A stretch of DNA of 64,000 nucleotides from Lingula anatina (taxonomy: Eukaryota > Animalia > Brachiopoda), in the NCBI GenBank assembly GCA_051362555.1, contig JBPQGU010000016.1:2232001-2296000 (forward strand). Direction: 5' to 3'. Both the position numbers and the translations under genes were made by a program. Numbering within the stretch: the stretch's first letter is position 1; each line of letters opens with the position of its first letter. Positions 1 to 10,691 of the stretch are shown here, piece by piece. Below the pieces are notes generated by a model. That model had not been told where the DNA came from. It worked only from the letters and a program-made list of their open reading frames with translations, and searched no databases.

Positions 1-199
1 ATTAGTGAGTTCAGTAGGTGCGCCCACTACATGTATTATAAATATATATTTATTAAACCCTCTAAACTTTTTTCAGATTTAGCACACAAGTGTCACTAAC
101 CCTACACACAGATTTCTTCCTAAAAGCAGTCCTACTAGTAGGCCTACTGGCAATTTTCTCTCCAGCCTCAACTGAATGAGTTAATGATAATTCAGTCGC

Positions 200-485
200 C
201 ATATGCAGGTGGATGGTAGGAAAGATTTACATTTTATTTCCTATCCTTTTCCCATATTTTTCAATAGTTGGCACTTCAGCGGGTAACACGAAGCCTCAAC
301 ATGTTTCTCACATAGCTGCATCGTCTTCGACGGCTGATCAAAATCTTTACGTGCCACGCGAACAAAATTGATCCTTTGCCTTCTCAATGATTTTTCACCA
401 GAAAGCGATGGAAAGAAACTTCGTCAACAGAGCTCCTTTTGCATCCATACGCCACACAATAGCGTCTTTTGCCTCTCTTCAACAT
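200..485 (-). pseudogene. Decayed THAP zinc-finger ORF, probably from a DNA transposon
   Basis: Manual translation from ATG 485: MLKRGKRRYCVAYGCKRSSVDEVSFHRF, a 1-nt frameshift, then GEKSLRRQRINFVRVARKDFDQPSKTMQLCEKHVEASCYP. This fits the THAP C2CH pattern (CxxxxC...FHxFP...LCxxHF). Lower boundary approximate. Confidence 0.7.
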
Positions 486-1367
486 GTTTCACTTAGAATG
501 ATGAGAAATACAACCCGCTTCAAGCTCACAAACTATTCAGCAGCATGGCGGTGAAACGAGTGAAACGAGTCTACCAAATACATTACGTCATTTCCGTTTC
601 AGCGCCGGTTTTTTTTTTTTTTTTTTTTTTTTGCAGTCGCGTTTAGGTGCGATGTTTGGCATTATCGTCAGTTACAAGCTATCGTTCGGATCCGCAATAT
701 CCGGGAGAGGAATATTTAAAAAATACCTCGTCGGACTACATAAAAAATACGTTTCCACTGCTGTATTTCTTTAATAAATGGGTGGAAGACATTGTAACCG
801 CATTTAAGAATACTCCTGTCGCCTTTAATGGAATAACACGCTGCAACCAGTCCACCATCCCCCCTCCCTCGAAAGGCGAGACGCCTCTATCGTGCCAATC
901 ACGAAATGCCCTTTTCAGGGCACCCTATGTAGACCGGTATCTACTAATCTGATATTATGTAGGTGAGACACCTACCTTCCTATCAGAGACGATCTTTCCT
1001 CATAATAAAGGCGAGAAGCCTTACACACTCAAAAAGTCGCTCTCAACTATGCAAGGGGCGCTGTCAAAATACACGTCCTCAGAGGCCCAGCTCTGAATCG
1101 TGTTATTTTGGTAAAGTGGAATCTAACTAGGGCATGAGCCGACCACCCCCAACAAGTTTTGACTCGAGATTTAAGTGCATGTTAAAAAACACTTGATTTT
1201 CATTGCACAGACACATCAAAGCAATACAAATTTACATTATCCTACTAACTGATTTCCTTTCAGAGGCGGATTAAATTCGTCGACCCCCCACTATATATAC
1301 AAAGATACACTTAAACCCACTTAGTGATATGTCACAAGAAAACTAAAATGTACTTATTCATTACTTA

Positions 1368-1936
1368 ATGCCCCTATTTCACACAGACCACAAATCCCAC
1401 GAATCGCCAGGAATTGACAAATTTCAGGATTCGTGAGATTTTGCAAATTTTCTGGTCTAATTCGACACGCTGTACGATTCAGTTACGATACAGGTGCGAT
1501 AGTGTTACGAATATTCGTGGGATTCGGCTGGAATCGCACAAATATTGTCTCGAAATTTACAACGATTTTTTGGAATCGAGAATTCGTGGCCAAAATTTTG
1601 AATAGCTCAAAAACTTGCCACGAATTCACGATTGATCAAGAATTGCAAGAACTGACTACGATAATATACGAATCTGTTAAGAACTTCACGAACTGATTAC
1701 GATTCAACCACGAATCCTGAAATTTGTCAATTCCTGGCGATTCGTGGTCTGTGTGAAATAGGGGTATCAAAGTTTTTGCCACGAATTCCTGTTGGTCAAG
1801 AATTGCAAGAACTGACTACGATTAAATACGAATCTGTCAAGAACTTCACGAACTGATTACGATTCAACCATGAATCCTGAAATTTGTCAATTCATGGCGA
1901 TTCGTGGAATTCGTGGTCTGTGTGAAATAGGGGCAT
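1368..1936. mobile_element. MITE with long terminal inverted repeats and a duplicated right half
   Basis: Left end atgcccctatttcacacagacca...gaattgacaaatttcaggattcgtg is the reverse complement of ~1709-1765 and ~1869-1936. A ~160-bp internal direct duplication lies at ~1617-1766 and ~1778-1936. TA/TWA flanks. Confidence 0.85.
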
Positions 1937-1990
1937 TACTGGAAGAAAGTAGTCCTATCTAGAGGTACGCTGGCATAGAAAATTAGTAAT

Positions 1991-2227
1991 TTAGCTTTGA
2001 ATATTGCATTTTTCACAAACCATACATGAATGCACACGAATGCAGTCGATAGTCATTCCATACCAAAATACACTTTGTCTCAACTTAGAAAGCATCCAAA
2101 CTATCTCTTGATGACCTAAAATAACCGGGTCATATGACACAACGATAAGGCGACCTGTTGAAATCCTTTGGGTAATGCCAAAAGAGGGTTTAGCCTTGCT
2201 CATATCTGTTGTAGTTAAAAACTCCAT
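1991..2227 (-). mobile_element. Ty3/Gypsy LTR-retrotransposon integrase zinc-binding domain remnant
   Basis: ORF has GH...KLRQSVFWYGMTIDC...CEKC, matching the integrase H2C2 pattern (GH...RLRQRFYWxGM..D....CxxC). No flanking RT or integrase core is visible. Confidence 0.6.
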
Positions 2228-2793
2228 TTTTCATGGACAACAATGTTTGTAGCAATTGATTTTTTTTTTCAGATTTTATAGGGTGGTTATCAATTTTAAT
2301 CTATCTCTAGTGTACAGATTGGGTGCTGTTTCCCTAAATTTCGAAAACTGGATTTTTTTCCTTTAACGGTAATCACTAAAACAATGTTTTGTTTAATTTC
2401 CACTAAAATTTGCCCTTCAGGGTGTTTCCAAACGTTTAAAATTCACCCCGATGAGGTCATCAAATATGTATATGATTTACGGTGGGGCAACAGTTTATGC
2501 ATTCAATGAATGCAACGTTCAAATATGAATTATTAGAAATTGACTCAGAAACCTAAACAAGGGACCAATGGCTCCGTTACAAATAGGGTTAGAAACAAAT
2601 AAATACGAAAGACTTGCTTACTGTTTCGTTTTATTCGCACAGCATGTTTTGGAGATAGGAGTGTATGCCGTTAATACCTTATCATATTAACAAAAACTTT
2701 TTTATATTTATTTATTCATTTATTTCTTTATTTACTATTATAAACGAATGGTGATTTTACAAAGATTGGTAATACTAAGGGTATCTACTACAG

Positions 2794-4179
2794 GACACAC
2801 ATCCTTATGGTGAACAACCAGAAGCTTATGCTAAGGGGGATCACACCAACATTGTCGTCGTCGGGAAGACAGGGGTCGGAAAGAGTTCTACCTGTAATAT
2901 GATGGTGGGAAAAGCAGTTTTCAAAGCGGAAATGTATCCTACCAGTGTAACGGAAGACCTGTCATCTCACTGTGTCAAATTGCATGGACGCAACCTTCGC
3001 CTCATTGATACTCCCGGTCTTTTAGAAACTGCTTCGTTTAAAAGGTTTGAAGTTATAAAGAAAATCACGTCGAAATGCTTTAGTTTGCTCGACGGCGAGG
3101 AAGGTATCGATGCTTTCTTGTTTGTCATTCGCTGCGACGATAGTCCATCTCAAGAGGAAGTGAACGCTTTAATTCAGTTAATAACGTTGTTTTCAGAAGT
3201 CATTTTTGAATACATGGTTGTTGTGGCTACGCACAAGGACGAACTTGATAAGAACGGACAGTCAACAGAAAGTTTCAGAAGCAATCTTCCCGACAAAATG
3301 AAGACAATCCTTCAAAAGGCCGGAGGCAGAATGGTGTTCATCAACAGCGTCACCCGAAACAAGAATGAGCGTATAGGCTACGCCAAATCCATCATTAAAC
3401 ATGCTGATAGCATTGCAAGAGCTCATGAAGGTAAGAAATATTCCAATGAGGCGATCGGCCAAGCACGCAAGAAAAGACGAGAACTGAAAAAAAAATATCC
3501 TCACCTGAATGACGCCGGTATACAAGAGGAATTAGAAAAAGTGGTCCAGTCATATTTAACATCACAGTACTGGTGTTTCGACGGCTCTTCCACTGTGCGA
3601 CTAAGAGATGGGTCAGTCACACCAATGGCCAAACTATCTCCCGGTGACAAGGTGCTATGTGTTAGGGATAATGGCTTTGTTGGCTTCGAGGAAATCTTCT
3701 GCTTCAGTCATGCCGATGACAATTCTCAAACTATATATATCCACCTGCAGACCGCAACCGGGCAACACCTTCTCCTCTCTCACGGTCATTATATCCACGC
3801 TTCCTCCGATTCTACATCATTCCCATTTTCCCTGAAAGCCGCCCGTGATATCCGAGTTGGAGATGTAGTGTCCGTTTATCACCCTGAGACAACTGCCATG
3901 TTTATGGATGAAATTGTGTCAACAGGCACAAAGAAGGTCACCGGAGCCTTTTGCCCTCATACCATGAGCGGCACCATCATCGTGAATGATATTTTGGCCT
4001 CGTGTTACACCGATGCAGTAAGTCCTCAGATGGCGAGAAAATTGCTCATTCCAGTCTGGTGTCTATACAGGTTGCTTCCGGTGCATGTGTCTGCGCCTGT
4101 GTTGAAAGATGGCGTTTCAAATATCTGTAAAATATTAAGCGCGACGAAGCAATATTTAAAAAAGTCTTTACAAAATTAG
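2794..4179 (+). CDS. GIMAP/AIG1-family GTPase fused to a C-terminal Hedgehog-type Hog (Hint + SRR-like) domain; terminal exon, 5' exon not located
   Basis: The open frame extends upstream of the ORF-track Met to the acceptor ctacag|2794. It gives NIVVVGKTGVGKS (G1), SVT (G2), LIDTPG (G3), GIDAFLFVI (conserved box), THKD (G4) and FIN (G5). From 3574: CFDGSSTV...GDKVL...LLLSHGH...VGDVV...GAFCPHTMSGTIIVNDILASCY (Hint blocks), then a hydrophobic SRR-like tail. In-frame stops at 2770 and 2776 require an upstream exon. Confidence 0.92.
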   Translation, partial: DTHPYGEQPEAYAKGDHTNIVVVGKTGVGKSSTCNMMVGKAVFKAEMYPTSVTEDLSSHCVKLHGRNLRLIDTPGLLETASFKRFEVIKKITSKCFSLLDGEEGIDAFLFVIRCDDSPSQEEVNALIQLITLFSEVIFEYMVVVATHKDELDKNGQSTESFRSNLPDKMKTILQKAGGRMVFINSVTRNKNERIGYAKSIIKHADSIARAHEGKKYSNEAIGQARKKRRELKKKYPHLNDAGIQEELEKVVQSYLTSQYWCFDGSSTVRLRDGSVTPMAKLSPGDKVLCVRDNGFVGFEEIFCFSHADDNSQTIYIHLQTATGQHLLLSHGHYIHASSDSTSFPFSLKAARDIRVGDVVSVYHPETTAMFMDEIVSTGTKKVTGAFCPHTMSGTIIVNDILASCYTDAVSPQMARKLLIPVWCLYRLLPVHVSAPVLKDGVSNICKILSATKQYLKKSLQN

Positions 4180-4321
4180 CGGGCACGCTAACCACTATGA
4201 GTGACTTAATGTCTGTTGCAGGGAGCGGAATTCAATTGAATATCTAAGAGTCAAATGTCATATTTTTGTAAACATGAATAGCTACCCTGCAACTAAGGTT
4301 ATACTGATGCAGTTTGCTTTA

Positions 4322-6726
4322 CGGCTGTTTCACAATTAGGGGTTCAAAATACGTGTCACATTGAGAGAAAAATGAACTCTGATGCATTTGTTTAATTTAG
4401 TAACAGATAAAAAGAATAACAACTTAACTATGATATCTACAATTTTAGAACACAGTATTAATTACTTTTTGTGCTACGCTCAAATTAACAGAACGCCCCT
4501 TAGACTATATAATCTGGGGGTACGGACACCACACATTCAAGTAACTGATGCTTTTGTAACTGAAATATCATATTGTTTACCAGTTATTTTTGCCAAAATT
4601 CTAAAAAATATCAAACTAAAGATATAACAGCAGTACTTTAACCAAAAGGATACAAGTACATGTATTAATCAAAGAGTTTTTTAGAGAAACACCACAGCAC
4701 GTTTTTCAGTGGCTGCTGGAGCTTGGTTGTGTGTCATTCAGTTTGACTTTCATTCACCAGACTTTAATTTTAACTTTTCTTTCTGTTGCTTGACATTTTT
4801 CATTTATTCATTTTTTTTTTTTTTTTGGTTCAGTCTTGATTCCAGTTTTTTGGAGTCTTTTCTTCTTTTTCATCTCTCGTTAATTTGCACCTCTTGTTCT
4901 ACTGTTTTCAGGATTGTTGGGTCTCTGCTTCTCCTTAACTCTCTGTCAGTATGCCCCAATTTTTTTTCTTTACTTTAGTCTATCTTGCTGGACCAGCCTA
5001 GGATGATTCTTCATTTTTTTTTTTTTTTGCTTCTCTTCTATGTTACGCGCATTCAACGTATAACGTCTTCCTTACGTGCTTCAGCAAGATTATCTTTACG
5101 GATATTAGCTCTTTGACGTCTTTTTTTTTTTTTTTCAAATTATTTTTTGCTGAAGGTAAAATTTTCAGGATCCCTTTTTCTTTTCCCATTTGGCTTTTTG
5201 TTTATTGTCATCCTTATTTGATACTTCTGTTACGAATAAGCAAACGTCTTTAGTCTTTTTCACATCTATTTTATTTGCTTGTCATTGAAATTGTCACGTA
5301 GAAACTGAAATGAACAAAATACATCAAATTAAGAAATTATCCTTAAATTATGTTACAATTACAACTTATAAAGTTCTTATTAACTGTTTAAATTACTAAA
5401 TGATTCATAAAGTCTTACCTCATTGCGGGAATTAGTGACTTTTAATGATCAGAACATAACTATGATAAGCGTGTGCTCTAGTAAAAAAAGTAAAACGTTA
5501 TCTCCACCGATGTTGCATAACAGCTAAAACGGGCCAAACCTTAACAACTTCATTCACTGAGAGTATCATAAATGAACTGTTAACTATGCATGTATTAAAG
5601 TGTTCGTACCGCCTCAAAATATATCATATTCATTAATCCGTAGAATATCAATCCATATACAGTTTATTATTTTGCAATTAGCTATATTTGGCAATATATT
5701 CAAACCAATATTGTTCATTTTGAATGCAAAGAGTAGCATCTTTACTGATATTATTTCTTTGCAAAATCTCTTGCCTGACTCTAATTAATCAGTATCTCTT
5801 TATCGAATATATATTTATATACAATGTTTTTTCTTAACATCACAAGACGTGAATGCATTTTATATAGTCTTAAACAATATTTTGTACCATATTTTTACTT
5901 TTTATCATCATTGATACGTAGCCAGTTATCCAATGGTTAAGGTATAACTTGGGGGGTACGGACACTACAGTAGGGGTACGGACACTACATTTGGCACCAA
6001 ATTCTTGCATATCTTTTCATAATAAGGGGTTATGTGCTATTTTCTTCCTGCAAATTAAATGTCAGTGTAGACATTATAGAATAATAAAATCAGACAGAAT
6101 ATGCTGTGATTCCTAAATAAAAAGATTGGGGGGGGGGGGGGGGTACGGACACTACAAAAAGTAGGAGACACCAAGGGGCTCAATATAATGGTTACATATG
6201 CACAACTCCTTTATTATGTTTAAGTCATAACATGGTAAATTCATCGTATTATCACGTAGGTGATTTCAAAGTAATATTTGGCCTTATCAAATATGTTTTT
6301 TATTGCATTAACAAAAATAAGTGAAATGTGTATCAAAGCCCGTTTCTGCAAAATGGTTAAAATATATTTTTACTCAGAACATATCTTTGGAAGAACCTGC
6401 TAGAAGAGAAGACAGATGTTGTGGGAATTATAGACCAATATCATATTCACCATAAATCATTGACATAAAGAGCTAGTGCATCATCTTTATGACCTTAATT
6501 GCAAATGACCCACCGTAACAGCTAAAAATAGGTATTTTTGAACACATAATTGGCTATATTTTTGTAAATTGTAATCCGATTATTATATATATTTTTTTTA
6601 TTTTGCTCCAATCAACAGTGCATTTAATATAAGTCTATCAGAAATCTCCAATCATAAATTGTTAATTCATCAGACACTTGTAACATTAACCACATTTAAT
6701 TTTTCACCCTGATTGTGAAACAGCCG
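4322..6726. mobile_element. ~2.4-kb non-autonomous DNA transposon with TIRs and a 4-bp TTTA target-site duplication
   Basis: ttta|cggctgtttcacaattagggg at the left and ccctgattgtgaaacagccg|ttta at the right. Internal motif ggggtacggacac repeated at ~4516, 5951, 5972 and 6139. Decayed Lys/Arg-rich ORF on the minus strand at ~4680-5189. Confidence 0.8.
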
Positions 6727-8379
6727 TTTAAGATCGAAGTATTTTATATGTATATATCATCTGCAATCTGGACGTTGCGAACTTTCGCGACTGAGGATAT
6801 TGTACAGCACAATTTTACTATTTGATTATGTGATAGGGTTGTAATTCCAAAACACACTTTAGTGTACATTTCAGAAAACAACCTAGCAAAAAATGGCCCA
6901 ATTGTTTCATTTCATCAATTATGTGTGTTCCCAAAATTATATTTAGAAGTTGTAATTATATTCATAGAAATCCTATCATCGAAAATGGCGAACACGACTT
7001 CTATACAAGGCACAATCAACTTAAGAAATGTCACTGTATACCAAATAGTGTGTAGTTTATTTAGAATTATGTTATTGTCTTTAAACTAAAAGGTGAAACA
7101 ACTTATATTCCTTTGATGTTAGGATGTTGCGATCCTTTCATCTAAGCAATATGTATACCCAGGGAGCAAAGTTTGGTACGTCTCAACGGTATTGGAATAC
7201 GTGATTTTTTCACCAAATCTTATTTTCTCGAGAATATAGCAAATGTATATACGAACATATTATTGTTCGGCTCATTTATTTTGCCTTTTTTACCGGCGAT
7301 GCTGTACATTTTGAATTTTCTTTCTTAAATTTAAATCAACAAATTGTAACCGGAGATAAAAAGAGTATTTTGTCTCCCACTCCGAGTGGCAAGTTGCCAA
7401 AACAACTCTGACAAAGCTTATTTCCGTTATTGTAGGTTTGCTGCGGTAGATATTTTCAGAACTGGGAGCAATGTTTTTAGTATACCCTTAAATTTCAACC
7501 CGAATGCAGGTTCTCTTCTTGCAGGCAAAAAAATTCCTACAGTAAATTTATCTCAATTAGTGGTCAGGATTTAAATTGGGTTATAGTGATATTGCTCGTG
7601 ATAATATTTGGCCTTTGTATCAAGGCCAATTTACATATGTAGTGGCTTAGCTAAAAAGTACACGTTAACGGTATTAGTAATTGCTTTACCATAGTGACAC
7701 GTGTAATAAGCAAAAGACACTTAGTCTCACAGATCCAACTACATTTCTTGTCTACATGTTGCAGAATGTTTTGATTATTCTCATTCTTTTTTTACATTTT
7801 TTGTACTAAAATGTGTTTTGTACATACAACGACAAATAACACCACAAACGACAACCATTTCAAAACGCTCAATTAAGACTCTCTCTCTCTTTTTTTTTTC
7901 ATATTGAACCTGCTAACCCACTTGCACTTTTGACTTTTTTATATTCAGTTTGAATAATTTGCAATGAATACAGAATTTTTATATTCAGTTTGAAGTTGAC
8001 TTGATTTTCTACATGTGTTGTGCCATATTACTTTTTTTTTTGGGGGGGGGGGGGTCGGGACGAACTTTCAGTATAATATGTACTGTCACAACATTTGAAC
8101 GACGTTATGATTGGGTTTTGTTTATTGTTACTTTGATGATATCAGATATTGATGTAAGATTTATGTATTATCATTGTCAATACGAGTGCGCCAAATCTAA
8201 GAATTTATTAAAATGACTCATTAGTCATGACAAATATTAGTATCTTTATAAATAACTATGTACTATTAAAGGGATAATAACTCTTCGTTCTGGCCATATA
8301 ATGAATTTTCCTGGAGTAAACAGCAATTTTCCCATACTTACCAATTGTTAATGAATCTATTTTTACATTCAGAGTTAGT

Positions 8380-8382
<3 letters not shown>

Positions 8383-8420
<38 letters not shown>
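8383..8420. repeat. (TA)n microsatellite
   Basis: Direct reading. Confidence 0.95.
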
Positions 8421-8422
<2 letters not shown>

Positions 8423-9849
8423 CGAGTTTTCAGATAATTTTGTACCTGGATTAATTTTACTGAAATTTTATGGAAGGTTTGATTTTCTGGACGAGTAATT
8501 GGACTTCATGAAGTTGATTGATTCTGTTCATTACCTGATGCATAAGGAGAGTATTTGGTATATACATTATATATTGCATCAAATACAATTACACATTGAA
8601 AAATTGTTTTACTTAGTCTGTATATTATACAAGGAGCTAATTGTGTTATTACCGCGACGGTAAAATGCTGTTGTTAAGTTTTATAATGAACTATGAACGA
8701 ATTATACAATATGTACTCGATTTGGACGACGTATTCTTAAAATTATGGTAAATTGGAGTAGGTTTGATATTAATATAGAATAAGGACACAATGTCCTATT
8801 TGTAAATACATCGAACATGATTGCATGATTTATGTAATGCATCTCTTTCGACTTCGAGATAATATGAATTGCTTTGATAATTTATACATATTATGTTATT
8901 TAGTATTTGCTTTGCTTTAAAAAAAACAAAAGAAAAAGGGGTCTATATTGCGAAAGTTCAGAATTCGAATATCATTTTTTTGTAGAAAGGTTGTGTAATG
9001 TAAAATTTATGATCAACACTTTCACTAATTGTTATTTTTAATTAGATGGATCGAATAATTAAAAAGATATGCAGTTATTAACTGAGAGTTTTATTTCAAC
9101 AAGTGGACAAGATGTTTCTAAGTTAAGAAAAGATGGAAAAGCCAAAGTCACATTAAGTTTTATTTGACTGGTTTATTTCACAATCAAATTGTAAGGTAAT
9201 ACCACGTGCATAACACTTACCTGCTGTGTTTTGTATACGATCTAAGGATGAGCAATTCTATAATATTTTACGTAATATATTTTACATTATAATATTTTAC
9301 ATTTTCTTTATTGAAAACAAATCTCTTAGATATTACCTAATAAGAAAATATCGAATGGTGGAATGCAAAACGAAATGGAAAATCTCTGCTTATCACGTTA
9401 AATACAATGGAACGAAAACCAGTAAATGTGTGATCAGTAAGGAGAAATAGAGTACAAATATTGTAAATTTGTATGAAAAATAAGTCGATGAATAAATTTT
9501 TGAAGGCTCCAAATCATCTTTGTCGTATCTTTAACTTTCCTATCTGTTTTATTGTGCTTTCTTCTTACTTTGTAAAACTTGTTGCACAAATACAATACAC
9601 AGAATTCCTCTGATACTTGAAAAATATGTTTTTTCCCAATGCTGATCAATTACAATAACTAATTTTACCACATTATATAATGAAGACCTGGTATAAATTC
9701 TCAAAGTCGCCATCACCTGCTCAAATAAATGCGTTTTTTTTTCGTAAAATACACTGGGAAATTATCCATTATTCACTTTTGAATCCTGATGTCAAATTTG
9801 ACCCATGTGCTATTCACGACTTCAAAGTCTACAGTACCTTTAGAATTCA

Positions 9850-10691
9850 TTAAAATCGTTTCCTTCGTTTACAGACTGTCTGTCCATTAGTGAAATATTC
9901 CATTACCGAGATGCACTGGTAGATGTCCCACAACGATGCTTCCTCCTTAAATAAAATAGTATTAATGGAAATAAACCCTACAGTCATAATAATAAAAACG
10001 CTTTTTAACTCGAAATTTTATTTAAAGTCCTCATATCCCGGTTAAATGTACAGAAAAGAGTACACAATAATCAGCAGACAATTAAAGCAAAAGAAAAGTT
10101 GATTGTATTGAGAAAATTGAAAAATTGAACAAAACCGACAAGATTTGTTTTTAAAAATTAACAGACCTTTAAAACAGTGGGGACAAATTGAGTTAATCAT
10201 ATTTTACGTTCAGAAAAAAAAATGGAAAGAACTGTAGCAAACATCACTTTCAGAATGCACGAACATCATGCAAATTAAAAATAAAAATATAAATAAAACA
10301 CTGGGGGGAGGGGGGGCAAAATTAACCCAAAAGTAATTTGAAATAATTGTAGCAAACATTACCTTCAGTATGCATGGTGTTGCTTGTTCGCTCATAATGT
10401 CGGACCATTCCTCGCAACTTCTCCAAAACACATGGTATCTAACTGGGCAAGAAGAGCGCTAGCCAGAGCCGTCCTCTCGTTCCCCTTTTCACCGACAAGC
10501 ATCTTGTTTAAGTGTTCAATGTAATCTGCAAAGTAATAAAAATCATGAATTTATTTAGATTACAGCTTTGGAATGATCTGCAGCGAGTATTGATTTAGTA
10601 AGTGGGGAAAAACAAATCTACGTGATGCTAATGTGACAGTGTTAACAAAAGGAATGCACTGTGTCTTACCATCAGCTGTAGGTTCCGCCAT
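9850..10691 (-). pseudogene. Possible small three-exon gene with a 1-nt frameshift; weak profilin-like resemblance
   Basis: Exons 10691-10670 (MAEPTAD, GTAAG donor), 10525-10363 (tttgcag acceptor, GTAAT donor) and 9945-9850. Phases reconcile only if one base is missing in exon 2. Confidence 0.3.

Noticed and set aside
647-962. 101-aa ORF and AG|GTGAG donor at 962 as the missing first exon of GIMAP-Hog
   Set aside because: The ORF stops at 952 and the phase-0 codon before the donor is TAG; no recognisable domain.
1414-1696. Two overlapping short ORFs
   Set aside because: They lie inside a MITE and show no protein motifs.
3574-4179. Calling the Hint ORF a true hedgehog gene or a protein-splicing intein
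   Set aside because: No Hedge signalling domain upstream and no intein C-terminal His-Asn plus Cys/Ser/Thr; it ends in the Hog-type ASCY motif.
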